A stretch of 64,000 bases of DNA from an uncultured Candidatus Saccharibacteria bacterium (GTDB lineage Bacteria > Patescibacteriota > Minisyncoccia > Phycocordibacterales > CAZPGN01). The stretch is taken from positions 72,932 to 136,931 of the forward strand of contig CAZPGN010000001.1 in NCBI GenBank assembly GCA_964586635.1, in the 5' to 3' direction. Of this stretch, positions 27,968 through 38,865 are shown piece by piece. The notes under the pieces were generated by a model. It was not told the origin of the DNA. It was given only the letters and a program-made list of their open reading frames with translations, and searched no databases. Made by a program: the position numbers and the translations under genes. The number at the start of each line of letters is the position of its first letter. Positions within the stretch are counted from its first letter, which is position 1.

Positions 27968-30142
27968 ATGTCTACGCTAGTATTGGTAGAATCGCCCGCA
28001 AAGGCAAAAACTATCTCAAAATATCTGGGGACAGGCTTTACGGTAAAGGCGACCGTGGGTCACATTCGCGACTTGCCCAAGAGCAACAAAAAAGCTATCG
28101 ATATCGAGGGCGGCTTTGTGCCTCACTACGAAATCGTTAAGGGAAAGGAAAAGATAGTGGACGAAATACGACGACTCGCCAAGAAGGCCGATTCCGTCTT
28201 GCTTGCGACTGACCCAGACCGCGAGGGAGAAGCCATTGCGTGGCATGTCGCCGAGGCGGCAGAACTCAATCACCCAAAGCGAGTAGTCTTCCACGAAATC
28301 ACCAAGACTGCCGTACAAGATGCGGTTGCGCATCCGCGAGAGGTTGACCAAAACCTTCGCAAGGCGCAGGAAGCACGGCGAGTGCTGGATCGCCTTGTTG
28401 GTTATGACCTTTCTGGACTTATCTGGAAGAAGCTACGCTACGGTCTTTCAGCAGGGCGCGTTCAATCTCCCGCGCTCCGAATAGTCGTCGAGCGCGAACG
28501 CGAAATACAGGCGTTTGTCCCAGAAGACTTCTGGGTGATAACAGGAGCCTTTGCGACCGTAAACGGCTCGAAAATGCTTCTTATCTGTTCGGAAGAACCA
28601 AGAACACAGGCGGAAACCGATCGCATTCTCGAACAAGCCCGCGCGAGCGAATGGAAAATATCGGAAGTCAAGGAGACAAAAACACAGCGCAACCCGAATC
28701 CACCATTCACTACTTCAACACTCCAGCAGAGCGCCTCCTCGCGACTTGGATACTCACCTTCCCGAACAATGAAACTCGCCCAAGGCCTTTATGAGAAGGG
28801 CCTTATCACTTATATGCGCACCGATTCGACAACACTATCGAAGGAGGCCATTGCGCACATGGGTTCGTACATAATGAAAACATTTGGCACGAGCTATGCC
28901 GATGCAAAGAATTTTCAAACCAAAAGCAAAGTCGCTCAAGAAGCGCACGAAGCTATTAGGCCAACTTCTGCAACCGTTACAAGCGGCGGCGCAAATCCCG
29001 ATGAGCAAAAATTGTATGGGCTCATCTGGCGGCGCGCGCTCGCCAGCCAAATGAAACCCGCAGATATACTTAGAACAAAAATATCCGCGTCTGTGGTAGG
29101 TAATTCAATTCCCTCATTTGCGGTTACTGGCTCTAGAACGCTCTTTGACGGATGGCTCGCGCTGGACAAAGCCGCGGCAGGAGATGATTTGGAATTGCCA
29201 GCCGTTTCTGCTGGAGACCATATCGAACTCCGCGAGATTTGGGAGGAACACAAGCAAACGGAACCTCCCAAACGGTATACGGAGGCGGGTCTCATTAAGG
29301 AGCTTGAAAAGCGCGGGATCGGCCGCCCCAGCACATATGCCGCCATAATGCATACGCTCGGCGAGCGCAAGTATGTTGAAAAGGAAGGACGCTCCCTGAA
29401 GCCAACCGAGACCGGGGAGGCGGTGAGCGCGTTCCTTGAAAATCATTTCGCGACTATCATTAGCGATTCATTCACAGCAGAGATGGAGGAAGAACTTGAT
29501 GATGTGGCGAATGGCACGCTTAGCTACGCGAATCTCCTTTCCGAATTTTATGGTCCGTTTATGAAGCAGGTAGCTTCAAAAGCAGATATTCCGAGAATTA
29601 ATGATTTCGGCGATGCGCCAAAGGAGTTCACTTGCCCCATATGCACGGGTGCAATGAAATACAAACTTGGACGGAATGGAATGTTTATGAGCTGTGCGCG
29701 ATTCCCTGACTGTAGCGGCGCGCGAACGAGAACTGGAGAGATAATGAAAGCTCCCGAGGAGACGGGTGAGGATTGCCCAGAGTGTCTAGAAGGAAAGCTT
29801 GTTCTGCGAGCGGGGCGTTTTGGCACGTTTATTGCCTGCAGTCGCTATCCAAAATGCAAATATGTAAAACAAGATGAAGCGGAGGCCGCTAAGAAGGACA
29901 CGGGAATACAGTGCCCAGTCTGCAAGGAAGGAACTATGGTAGAACGCGCGGGGCGCTTTGGCATTTTCTATAGCTGTTCCCGCTACCCAACATGCTCCAA
30001 CGCGATTAAAGCAAGGCCGACCGGGGATTTGTGTCAACTCTGCGGCTCCCTTATGATGGAGGGGACAAAAACCATCCCTACACGCTGTTCAAACAAGACA
30101 TGCGAGAACCACAACCCGCACAAGAAATTACGAGCCTCTTGA
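27968..30142 (+). CDS. topA: DNA topoisomerase I
   Basis: VESPAKAKTI, DPDREGE, GRVQS, ITYMRTD, C-terminal Zn ribbons. Confidence 0.97.
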   Translation: MSTLVLVESPAKAKTISKYLGTGFTVKATVGHIRDLPKSNKKAIDIEGGFVPHYEIVKGKEKIVDEIRRLAKKADSVLLATDPDREGEAIAWHVAEAAELNHPKRVVFHEITKTAVQDAVAHPREVDQNLRKAQEARRVLDRLVGYDLSGLIWKKLRYGLSAGRVQSPALRIVVEREREIQAFVPEDFWVITGAFATVNGSKMLLICSEEPRTQAETDRILEQARASEWKISEVKETKTQRNPNPPFTTSTLQQSASSRLGYSPSRTMKLAQGLYEKGLITYMRTDSTTLSKEAIAHMGSYIMKTFGTSYADAKNFQTKSKVAQEAHEAIRPTSATVTSGGANPDEQKLYGLIWRRALASQMKPADILRTKISASVVGNSIPSFAVTGSRTLFDGWLALDKAAAGDDLELPAVSAGDHIELREIWEEHKQTEPPKRYTEAGLIKELEKRGIGRPSTYAAIMHTLGERKYVEKEGRSLKPTETGEAVSAFLENHFATIISDSFTAEMEEELDDVANGTLSYANLLSEFYGPFMKQVASKADIPRINDFGDAPKEFTCPICTGAMKYKLGRNGMFMSCARFPDCSGARTRTGEIMKAPEETGEDCPECLEGKLVLRAGRFGTFIACSRYPKCKYVKQDEAEAAKKDTGIQCPVCKEGTMVERAGRFGIFYSCSRYPTCSNAIKARPTGDLCQLCGSLMMEGTKTIPTRCSNKTCENHNPHKKLRAS

Positions 30143-31536
30143 AAGGCGCAACCGATGATGATAAAAGGCGCATAGTTGCGGCATATGAATTTGCTGAAGT
30201 GGCGCACGCGAATCAAAAACGGCTTTCCGGTGAACCATATATAGTTCACGCAATAGAGACCGCAAAAATCCTGGCGGAACTCGGCATGGATGCGGAGACT
30301 GTTACAGCCGGTCTTCTGCATGACTCACTCGAGGATACCAGCATTTCAAAAAAAGAGCTCGAACAAGCATTCGGGTCGAGCATTCTCTTTCTCGTGGAGA
30401 GTGTAACAAAACTCGGCACACTCAAATACAAAGGCGCTGATAGACATATCGAAAGCTTGCGAAAGCTCTTCTTGGCTATGGCTCAAGACATTCGGGTCGT
30501 TATCATAAAACTTGCCGATCGGCTCCATAATATCCGCACCCTACAGTATGTCCTCGCGGAGAAACGCCAGCGGATAGCGCTTGAGACATTGGAAATATTC
30601 GCCCCGATTGCGAATCGCCTCGGGATGGGCCGACTACAGGCCGAGCTCGAGGATTGTTCATTCCCCTATGCATACCCCAATGAATTCTCCCGAGTAAAGG
30701 AAATTCTTTCTCGCGAGAGCAATATGACCGAAAGGGGTTTGCAACTCGTGTATGAAAAACTCCGATCCGCTCTCGAAAACCATGGCATTGCGAAGGCCGC
30801 AGTCGCATACCGCGTTAAGCACACATACAGTCTGTATAAAAAATTGATGCGCAAGGATTGGGATTTAACCAAAGTGCACGACATCCGAGCTGTGCGCATT
30901 ATCGTCCCGACTCTCGAGGATTGTTATCGAGCTCTCGGCGTTGTGCACGGACTCTGGCAACCGCTCCCAGGCCGCGTTAAGGACTACATTGCGACTCCCA
31001 AACCAAATGGCTACCGCTCCATTCATACCAGCGTATTCACAGGAGACGGTGGAATCGCGGAAATACAGATACGCACGGAAGGCATGCATCAAGAAGCGGA
31101 ATATGGTATTGCATCTCATATCGCGTACGATATCGCAGATAAGCCGAGAAGCGGAGGAAGGTTAAACAAGAAATTGACCTGGGTGCAACAGCTAATCGAC
31201 TGGCAGAAGCAAATTTCAGAATCTAATGAATTTCTCGAAAATCTCAAGGTTGACTTTTTTCAGTACCGCGTGTTCACATTCACACCTAAGGGAGATGTAA
31301 TTGAACTGCCAGAAAACTCAAGTCCCATCGATTTCGCATACGCAATCCATTCCGAGATCGGAGATCACATTGCTGGAGCGAAGGTCAATGGCAAGCTCGT
31401 CTCACTTGACACCGAACTAAAGAATGGTGACATCATCGAAATAGTTACGAGTAAGAAAAGCCGCCCAAGTCAAAAGTGGCTTTCGCATGCTCGCACATCG
31501 GGAGCGCGCAAGCGGATACGCAACCTTATCGGCTAA
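30100..31536 (+). CDS. RelA/SpoT family (p)ppGpp hydrolase/synthetase with TGS (short)
   Basis: LLHD, KLADRLHN, PKPNGYRSIH, EIQIRT, DFAYAIH; start uncertain. Confidence 0.92.
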   Translation: MREPQPAQEITSLLKGATDDDKRRIVAAYEFAEVAHANQKRLSGEPYIVHAIETAKILAELGMDAETVTAGLLHDSLEDTSISKKELEQAFGSSILFLVESVTKLGTLKYKGADRHIESLRKLFLAMAQDIRVVIIKLADRLHNIRTLQYVLAEKRQRIALETLEIFAPIANRLGMGRLQAELEDCSFPYAYPNEFSRVKEILSRESNMTERGLQLVYEKLRSALENHGIAKAAVAYRVKHTYSLYKKLMRKDWDLTKVHDIRAVRIIVPTLEDCYRALGVVHGLWQPLPGRVKDYIATPKPNGYRSIHTSVFTGDGGIAEIQIRTEGMHQEAEYGIASHIAYDIADKPRSGGRLNKKLTWVQQLIDWQKQISESNEFLENLKVDFFQYRVFTFTPKGDVIELPENSSPIDFAYAIHSEIGDHIAGAKVNGKLVSLDTELKNGDIIEIVTSKKSRPSQKWLSHARTSGARKRIRNLIG

Positions 31537-32552
31537 ATGGTAAAACTGCTCACGGAGTACATCCCATCATCTTCTTTTTCGGAGGGAGGCGCTGGCTCGG
31601 CGGGATCTTCAGCAAGCACTTCTCCAGATGTTTCCATCTCGGAGAGGACTGGAGCAGGACTCTCGCCGCTCGCGAGATCTGAGAAATCTGGCACTTCGTG
31701 GTCTATCTCGAGTTTCTTAACCATTCGCTCCAACAATTCCTGTAGATCGTGATTCGAAAAGAAATCGATATGAATTCGTCCGCCGCCTTCCTTCATATTT
31801 CGAACATCTATCTGAACCCGAGTGCCCAGGCATTCGGTGAGCTTCTCTTCCATCTCGGCAACCTCGGGTTTGATACTCGCGATACGCGAACGAACACGAT
31901 GGTATGCGATGCGCCGCGACAAATCTTCAGACTCGCGCACATTCATACCCTTCGCCATAATTTCCTTGAAGAAAGTGATTTGCTCCTGCGGCTGGTCGGA
32001 GAGCATAAGAAGCGGACGGGTATGGCCTTCCCGTATCTTGTTCTCACGAAGCGCACAAAGTATCACATCCGGAAGACCGAGAATTCGGATCGAATTTGAG
32101 ACATACTCGCGGCTCATGCCGATCTTTTTTGCTATCTCCGTATGCTTGAATCTGAACTCGTCGACGAGTCGCTTGAAGGCCAACGCGCGATCAATGGGAC
32201 TCAAATCTTCTCGTTGAAGGTTTTCGATAATTGCGAGCTCCAACTTCATCTTGTCGCTCTGGTCTCCGATTCGTATGAGCACAGGCACCTGCTTGATACC
32301 TGCGATCTTGGATGCTCGCAGGCGGCGCTCACCGGCAATAAGCTCATAGGCTACTGCAATTCCTCCGTCATCCTTTTCGCTCTCCATGCGAGTGACGACG
32401 AGCGGCTGAAGAATGCCATACTGGCGAATCGAATCGGCAAGGTCGCGCAATCGCGCTTCATCGAAGTCGCGCCGAGGCTGATAAGGATTAGGGGTTATCT
32501 TTTCAACCTCAACCCAGTAAATCGAGTTGTCGAGTGTTGCGTTCGGTTCCAT
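31533..32552 (-). CDS. parB: ParB/Spo0J partition protein
   Basis: PNPYQPR, GILQP, IAGERRLRA, IENLQREDL. Confidence 0.94.
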   Translation of the reverse strand: MEPNATLDNSIYWVEVEKITPNPYQPRRDFDEARLRDLADSIRQYGILQPLVVTRMESEKDDGGIAVAYELIAGERRLRASKIAGIKQVPVLIRIGDQSDKMKLELAIIENLQREDLSPIDRALAFKRLVDEFRFKHTEIAKKIGMSREYVSNSIRILGLPDVILCALRENKIREGHTRPLLMLSDQPQEQITFFKEIMAKGMNVRESEDLSRRIAYHRVRSRIASIKPEVAEMEEKLTECLGTRVQIDVRNMKEGGGRIHIDFFSNHDLQELLERMVKKLEIDHEVPDFSDLASGESPAPVLSEMETSGEVLAEDPAEPAPPSEKEDDGMYSVSSFTI

Positions 32553-32711
32553 TCGATTAGTATAGCACGCAACATCAGCAATGCATCCCCTTTTTCGTAG
32601 CTCACCTGTGGATACTTGACACATTTGTCAACATGGACTGTAATTGGGTTTAGTTACTGTCAAACCTTATTTTGATTTCTCTTTTCTCAATGCTATATTG
32701 CACACTGCAAA

Positions 32712-32796
<85 letters not shown>

Positions 32797-32847
32797 TTGA
32801 TAAATGATCTTGTTTTGTTATTGATACAAAGCATTTGGGGAAATATT

Positions 32848-33774
32848 ATGAAAGCCCCTACGCCAAAAATTCTTGTTATCGTCGGGCCAACTTGCTCGGG
32901 AAAAAGTGCGCTCGCGGTTGAGCTCGCTCTCCGCTTGCACGGCGAAGTGGTTTCGGTTGATTCTCGACAGGTGTATCGGGGACTCGATATTGGCACAGGA
33001 AAAGTAACTGCGGAAGAAATGCGCGGAGTCCCGCACCACCTCCTCAATGTAGCCGACCCGCACACGCGATTCACTGTCCAGAATTTTCAAATGCTTGCCT
33101 ATCGCGCGATAGACGAGATTCTTTCTCGCGGTAAATTGCCAATAGTTGCCGGCGGCGCCGGTTTTTACATCCAATCGATTACGGACGGCCTTGTCCTGCC
33201 AAGCGTACCTCCAAATCCCTTACTGCGCGGTGAACTTGAGACACAAGGTACGGAAGAATTGTGGCGAACGCTTCGGCGCGAAGATGCCGAACGGTCAGAA
33301 ACAATAGATAGGCGCAATCGCCGTCGGCTCATTCGTGCCATAGAGATCGCATATGCTATAGGAAAGGTGTCGGCACTTAAAAAGCAGCCACACTACTCCC
33401 CTATTATTATCGGACTTGAGATACCACAAAAAGAACTCTTTCTCAAAATTCACGCTCGCCTTATCGAGAGAATTAATGCGGGGATGATACATGAAGCTGA
33501 ATTGCTCCGTTCTGAAGGTCTCTCATATGAGCGCATGGATTCACTCGGATTAGAATACCGATATCTTGCAATGTTATTAAAAAAAGAAATCTCGCATGAC
33601 GAGTTTATGCAAAAACTCGAGATCGAGATCCAACAGTATGCTAAGCGCCAGATGACATGGTTTAAGAAAGATGTGCGAATTCAGTGGTTTTCCCCACACG
33701 ATGTCAATCGCATCTTTGATTATGCAAAAAATAAACTGTCGGAAAATGGGTCGGCTATTGTTAGCAGGGGCTAA
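32848..33774 (+). CDS. miaA: tRNA dimethylallyltransferase
   Basis: GPTCSGKS, DSRQVY.GLDIGTGK, PHHL, YAKRQMTW. Confidence 0.95.
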   Translation: MKAPTPKILVIVGPTCSGKSALAVELALRLHGEVVSVDSRQVYRGLDIGTGKVTAEEMRGVPHHLLNVADPHTRFTVQNFQMLAYRAIDEILSRGKLPIVAGGAGFYIQSITDGLVLPSVPPNPLLRGELETQGTEELWRTLRREDAERSETIDRRNRRRLIRAIEIAYAIGKVSALKKQPHYSPIIIGLEIPQKELFLKIHARLIERINAGMIHEAELLRSEGLSYERMDSLGLEYRYLAMLLKKEISHDEFMQKLEIEIQQYAKRQMTWFKKDVRIQWFSPHDVNRIFDYAKNKLSENGSAIVSRG

Positions 33775-33835
33775 GAGAATCGAACTCCTGACTAGGGTTT
33801 TGGAGACCCTTGTTTTACCACTAAACTAAGCCCCC
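33765..33835 (-). tRNA. tRNA-Trp(CCA)
   Basis: AGGGT-CTCCAAA-ACCCT anticodon arm, GTTCGATT T-loop. Confidence 0.93.
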
Positions 33836-33838
33836 GAA

Positions 33839-33997
33839 CTACTTCTTGAGCTCTTTATGTTTTGTGCGCGCCTTGCACCATTTGCAGTATTTGATGAGCT
33901 CAATCTTGCGCTCCACGCGCTTCTTGTTCTTGCGGCTCCAATAATTGATGCGCTTGCACTTGCCGCATTGCAATTTTATCAGAAAGTCCTGTGACAT
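33839..33997 (-). CDS. rpmG: 50S ribosomal protein L33 (Zn-binding)
   Basis: CGKC..NY..RKNKK...IEL.KYCKWC..RT.HKE. Confidence 0.95.
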   Translation of the reverse strand: MSQDFLIKLQCGKCKRINYWSRKNKKRVERKIELIKYCKWCKARTKHKELKK

Positions 33998-34029
33998 ACG
34001 AAGCACTATAGAGAAACACGCCCTAAAAA

Positions 34030-34812
34030 TCAAGCCTGTGGCACGGTGGCGCTAGGGATGCTCTGCGGTTCGGAAACGGTTCGACCAATTCCATTTTTCT
34101 GCGCTAGTAATTTATAGATATACGCGCTGGCGAGCATTGTAGTCGGAATCGTTATAAAAAGTCCGACTATAAAAGCTAGGGCGCCCAGAATATTCAAAAT
34201 GGCCGCGACAATCATTAGTCTAACGAGAAGCCAGACATGCCCTTCGGTCGCATTCCATGACTTCCTAACGGCAGACAGACCCCAATCACCGGTGTCTACA
34301 AAAATATATGCGGGCATAAATCCAAGGCGGAGTTCTATATACACCCCCGCTATAACAATTGCGGCCTCAACGACAATGAACAAGGCCACATTTCCAGTAA
34401 AGAGCACGGTTAATGAAATGAGGAACGCTACGGCGACAATCAATTGCGCGGGAAGACTTGCAAGCAAAACTGTCCATAAATATTTTGGCACAAGGCGCCA
34501 ATGCCGAACAAGGTCGGATAGACGTGCGTCCGCTCCGTACGCAAACGAAACAGAAATATGAGTCAGGCCGACGCTTACGAGAAATGTAATGAAAGTTGCA
34601 ATGAGCACAAGAAGTAGAGAAATGAAATTCGTTATGATGGTTTCGGGATAATTCACAAAATACGACCCAAGTGGGACCGAAAGGAGCCGGGGCGCATAAT
34701 AAAGAAACCCTGATAGAAGCGCGACCTTCACGAAAAACCACAAATTTTTCATCGTGGTATCGTAACCAAACCTGATTGCACTTGAAACCTGTAATGATTC
34801 GTTCGTATTCAT
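34030..34812 (-). CDS. Integral membrane protein
   Basis: Multiple TMs; A..KSW..T.GH motif. Confidence 0.75.
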   Translation of the reverse strand: MNTNESLQVSSAIRFGYDTTMKNLWFFVKVALLSGFLYYAPRLLSVPLGSYFVNYPETIITNFISLLLVLIATFITFLVSVGLTHISVSFAYGADARLSDLVRHWRLVPKYLWTVLLASLPAQLIVAVAFLISLTVLFTGNVALFIVVEAAIVIAGVYIELRLGFMPAYIFVDTGDWGLSAVRKSWNATEGHVWLLVRLMIVAAILNILGALAFIVGLFITIPTTMLASAYIYKLLAQKNGIGRTVSEPQSIPSATVPQA

Positions 34813-34869
34813 ATATGCATATTATCATTTATGTGCCAATCTGCACATGCAACCGCATTGGCATAGAAA

Positions 34870-34892
34870 ATGAAGGCTCCTGACCCCTTCAT
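34870..34892 (+). repeat. REP-like palindrome copy
   Basis: ATGAAGGCTCCTGACCCCTTCAT. Confidence 0.85.
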
Positions 34893-34893
34893 C

Positions 34894-35035
34894 GGGATTC
34901 TCTCCTTACAGGAGCAGTACCCCGATTGGTTTTTTTTCTTCGTCTACGGACTCGAAAAAATACTCAATCGGGCTTCGAATCCCTCACGGAGTGCCCCCGG
35001 CACTCCTCCTACGCAAAACGCCATTCTGTCGTTTA
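34894..35035 (-). repeat. Structured tRNA-Tyr trailer with an inverted copy of the tRNA 3' end
   Basis: TTCGAATCCCTC (34974-85) and CCTACGCA (35008-15) mirror 35036-35055; nested hairpins. Confidence 0.7.
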
Positions 35036-35119
35036 TGCGTAGGGAGGGATTCGAACCCCCGAAGCCGCTAGGGCGACTGGTCTACAGCCAGTTGCGATTG
35101 ACCACTCCGCCACCTACGC
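35036..35119 (-). tRNA. tRNA-Tyr(GTA)
   Basis: ACTGG-CTGTAGA-CCAGT, long variable arm. Confidence 0.93.
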
Positions 35120-35162
35120 ATGCAGGGAGCAGTATAACATCGATTTGCAGTTCAAATCAAAA

Positions 35163-37829
35163 TTAAGAACGGGAGGATGCCACCTGATGAGATACTGTCC
35201 GCCGCGATGATTTCGGTGATACTGCGATGGCAAGGTCATTGTCTTTTACTTCAACGAGGATATTCGCCTGTTCCGGCGCTGTTTTTGCGACGAGCATCTC
35301 GGCAAGCGGGTTCAGGATGCGACTCTGGATAAGACGACGAATCGGCCGCGCGCCGTATTGCGCCGAGTAGCCCTCGCGGGCGATCCATTCGAGGGCGGAC
35401 GGCATCACCGTGAGCGAAATTTCTTTTGTGCGCAATCGCTTCGCGACTTCCGCGATCTGTATCTCAACGATCGTCTTGATGATATCTCGGCCGAGCATAT
35501 TGAAAACGACTATCTCGTCGAGGCGGTTCAAAAATTCTGGTCGGAAATGGTTCTTCAGACTGTCGGTTATCTTTTCGCGTATCGCATCTTGCGTGTCATC
35601 ACTGCCCGAATCGAACCCGATTTTTTGCATTTTATTGAAGTGTTCGGAGCCGATGTTTGAAGTGAGTATAATGACGGCATTCTTAAAATTGACAACTCGA
35701 CCCTTTGAATCTGTCAATCGCCCGTTATCAAGCACTTGCAGAAGAATGTTGAACACTTCAGGATGCGCCTTCTCTATTTCGTCAAAAAGAATAATGGAGT
35801 AGGGGCGATGACGCACCGATTCGGTCAACGAACCACTCTCGTCGTATCCCACATAACCAGGAGGAGAACCGATGAGTTTCGAAATGGCATGCCGCTCCAT
35901 ATATTCCGACATATCTACGCGGATAATTGCTTTTTCGTCGTTGAACATGAATTCGGCGAGCGCGCGGGCAAGTTCTGTTTTGCCTACGCCAGTGGGGCCC
36001 AAGAACATAAACGAGCCGATTGGACGATCCGGATCTGAAATGCCCGCGCGTGAACGCTTCACAGCGTCCGATATCTTCTTGATAGCCTCATCTTGTCCAA
36101 CTACCCTCGAACGGAGCGTGTCCTCCATGCGCGATAGCTTTTGCGATTCTTCCTCGATCATTCGCGCGACCGGTATACGAGTCCAACGCGAAACAACCCC
36201 AGCAATGTCCTCTTCGGAAACTTCCTCACGAAGCACTTGTCGAGAGCGTTGGAGTTTACGCAGGCGATCTTGCACGCCCGTAAGCTCGCGTTCTTTTTCA
36301 GGAATCTTTCCGTAGCGGATTTCCGCGGCGCGCGAAAGGTCAGCATGCATTTCGGCATTCTCGGCATCAAGGCGCAACTCTTCAAGAGATTGTTTTAGCG
36401 CGCGCATATCGACAATGCTGTCGCGCTCATTTTTCCATTTAAGTTCCAGCTCGCGGGTTTTTTCGCGAAGTTCCGCAACCTCTTTTTCTATCGCTTTGAG
36501 GCGCGTACTAGCACGGCGCGATTTTGTTTCGTTCTTTAGGGCCTCCTTTTCTATCTCGAGACGGCGAATCTGACGATCGGTATTTTCAAGGAGCGCAGGC
36601 TTGTTCTCAAGCTGAAGCCGGAGTGCAGAGGCCGCCTCATCCACAAGATCTATCGCCTTATCTGGAAGAAAACGATCCGTAATATAGCGACTTGCGAGTG
36701 CGACCGCTGATACGATGGCGTCGTCAGTGATGCGAACACCGTGATGCAATTCGTATTTTTCTTTGAGACCTCGCAGAATGGCGACGGCATCATCTGTAGA
36801 AGGCTCGCCGATATACACCGGCTGAAATCGGCGCGTGAGCGCGGGGTCTCGCTCGATATATTTCTGATATTCCTTGAGTGTGGTCGCGCCGATAACGCGG
36901 AGTTCGCCCCGTGCGAGTGCCGGTTTCAACATATTCGATGCGTCTATAGAGCCTTCAGCGGCGCCCGCCCCAACGAGCGTGTGCGCCTCATCGATGAAAA
37001 GAATGATCGTGCCTGCCGCGCGTTCTATCTCTTTGAGTACATTTTTCAGTCGCTCTTCGAATTCTCCGCGGTATTTTGTGCCAGCAACAAGGAGGCCAAG
37101 ATCAAGCGACACGATTTCTTTGCCGCGAAGAGATTCAGGTGCATCACCCTTCGCTATGGCATTCGCCAGGCCCTCCGCTACGGCGGTCTTCCCAGTACCC
37201 GCTTCACCGATGAGTATCGGATTGTTTTTCGTGCGCCGCGAAAGTATCTGCATGATACGGCGTATCTCTTCATCTCGACCGATGACAGGATCGAGTTTGT
37301 CGGCCGCCGCAAGATGAGTCAAATTGCGACCATACTTCTCAAGCGCACGGAATTTTTTGGTTGTAGTAGTTTCAGTAATGTTGCCACTCTTTATCTCCTG
37401 CAGAACTCGGACGACATTGTCACGCGTGATACGAAAACGAGTCAAGAAATCGCGAGCAGGACTCGGCACTTCGACAAGCGCAACGAACAGGTGCTCCGTT
37501 GATACGAAATCGTCCTTGAAGGCGGCTGCAACTTTTGCGGAAGCATCGAGTACGCGAACAAGTTCTGGGGTCAAATATATCTGATATGATGGAGAAATAA
37601 TCGAACCTCCATCGGGACTCTCTACGCTCTCCGCCAAGTGATCGAGCAAGAGCGGAGTATCGATCTCAAGCTTGTCGAGTATCGACATGATGATACTCTC
37701 CTCCTGCAAAAGGAGCGCGAGTAGCAGGTGTACGGGGCTTACCTGATTCTGTCCTCGCTCAATAATGAGCTCGTGCGCCTTGCGTATCGCTTCCCGCGCT
37801 TTTGAAGTGAAGTTACTAAATGGCATCAT
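35163..37829 (-). CDS. clpB: ATP-dependent chaperone ClpB
   Basis: Two AAA+ modules ([16 protein letters not shown]), long M-domain with RAAEIRYG. Confidence 0.94.
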   Translation of the reverse strand: MMPFSNFTSKAREAIRKAHELIIERGQNQVSPVHLLLALLLQEESIIMSILDKLEIDTPLLLDHLAESVESPDGGSIISPSYQIYLTPELVRVLDASAKVAAAFKDDFVSTEHLFVALVEVPSPARDFLTRFRITRDNVVRVLQEIKSGNITETTTTKKFRALEKYGRNLTHLAAADKLDPVIGRDEEIRRIMQILSRRTKNNPILIGEAGTGKTAVAEGLANAIAKGDAPESLRGKEIVSLDLGLLVAGTKYRGEFEERLKNVLKEIERAAGTIILFIDEAHTLVGAGAAEGSIDASNMLKPALARGELRVIGATTLKEYQKYIERDPALTRRFQPVYIGEPSTDDAVAILRGLKEKYELHHGVRITDDAIVSAVALASRYITDRFLPDKAIDLVDEAASALRLQLENKPALLENTDRQIRRLEIEKEALKNETKSRRASTRLKAIEKEVAELREKTRELELKWKNERDSIVDMRALKQSLEELRLDAENAEMHADLSRAAEIRYGKIPEKERELTGVQDRLRKLQRSRQVLREEVSEEDIAGVVSRWTRIPVARMIEEESQKLSRMEDTLRSRVVGQDEAIKKISDAVKRSRAGISDPDRPIGSFMFLGPTGVGKTELARALAEFMFNDEKAIIRVDMSEYMERHAISKLIGSPPGYVGYDESGSLTESVRHRPYSIILFDEIEKAHPEVFNILLQVLDNGRLTDSKGRVVNFKNAVIILTSNIGSEHFNKMQKIGFDSGSDDTQDAIREKITDSLKNHFRPEFLNRLDEIVVFNMLGRDIIKTIVEIQIAEVAKRLRTKEISLTVMPSALEWIAREGYSAQYGARPIRRLIQSRILNPLAEMLVAKTAPEQANILVEVKDNDLAIAVSPKSSRRTVSHQVASSRS

Positions 37830-37901
37830 AGATTTTTACAACTTCATTGTCCCTTCATTGTACAAAGTCCTAGAAGCATTGTCAATACCGCCCATGCCGC
37901 G

Positions 37902-38819
37902 TCATGGCTTCTTTGAGGGTGCCTGTCGAGGACTCTCCAGGCTAGCGAGCGCCGCCGCAATGTCTTCCCGAGCGATGACACTCGACTTTCCACCAAACAT
38001 TCCAACAAGTCTTCCCGCGGTGGACACGACCGGCGCGCCAACAGAGCCTACCGATGCTGCAAAATTCGTTTTAATCACCGGCGACGACGAAGCGGCGCCT
38101 GTTTTGAGCCCGGATATAAAGCCTATTGAGACGGTCCCGAGGTCGCCATCATATCCCATCGTGATAATAGTCTGCCCGAGCGTACTGACGGATGACCCCA
38201 GAGAAACCGGGGTAAAGGTGCGTTTACTACGCGGTTCGGATGAGACGGAGAGTACAATGATTCCACGAATGGCATCGATTGCGCGAAGTTCTGCTGGAAG
38301 GGTCGTACCATCGAGAAGAGTAATCGAAATGGATTTAGATTCTCTGATAGCTCCAACATTCGCCGTCACAATGGTCCCATCCTCGCTCACAAAAAAACCG
38401 ACTCCGTCGAACGCAGCAGACGCAATCGGCCTCACAATGGTTCCGATACCAGCAAGCGAGTCCGTATTCTGTAAGGGCGATGTGGTCCCAGCTTGAGGTC
38501 CTATTGACTGTCCGCTTGTTGCAATATGGGACATTGGGGATTCGACTGCCGCATTGATGCGCACAATTGCGGGCGCGAGCGCCTGCACTGCCTCGACGAT
38601 CCGCGCCTCGGCAGGTATCTCCGTGAGAGTATTCACAACCTTTGTCTCTCCCGCAACTACTGTCTCGATCGTTCGTTCGACTACGCGATTAATCGTTTGT
38701 GTAATATCCTTCGGTGCCTGGTCGAGCAAGGCTACGGTAACGATACCCGTAGCAATTGATGTGACGAAACTACAAAAGAGCGCGAGGAGTATTAGTTGCT
38801 GTTTCGAGAGATTCTCCAT
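37902..38819 (-). CDS. Membrane-anchored trypsin-like (HtrA-like) protein, catalytic motifs degenerate
   Basis: N-terminal TM, GVGFFVSEDGTIVTA, LGQTII.MG, GSVGAPV. Confidence 0.72.
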   Translation of the reverse strand: MENLSKQQLILLALFCSFVTSIATGIVTVALLDQAPKDITQTINRVVERTIETVVAGETKVVNTLTEIPAEARIVEAVQALAPAIVRINAAVESPMSHIATSGQSIGPQAGTTSPLQNTDSLAGIGTIVRPIASAAFDGVGFFVSEDGTIVTANVGAIRESKSISITLLDGTTLPAELRAIDAIRGIIVLSVSSEPRSKRTFTPVSLGSSVSTLGQTIITMGYDGDLGTVSIGFISGLKTGAASSSPVIKTNFAASVGSVGAPVVSTAGRLVGMFGGKSSVIAREDIAAALASLESPRQAPSKKP

Positions 38820-38865
38820 GTCATAATAATATCATGATGGCATGCAAAGAGCGCAAATGACCGTG

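Noticed and set aside
32605-32665. Possible oriC or parS near parB (TGTGGATAC; TTGACA-catt-TGTCAA)
   Set aside because: Only one imperfect DnaA box and no parS consensus; better explained as back-to-back -35 elements of divergent promoters
34870-35166. ORFs beginning MKAPDPFI (also 42222-42473 and 60310-60606)
   Set aside because: The shared start is just the translated REP palindrome; the ORFs overlap tRNAs or real genes
36741-38496. Long antisense ORFs (also opposite gyrA at 57294-58166 and opposite the giant gene)
   Set aside because: Shadow frames of well-supported genes, with no recognisable motifs
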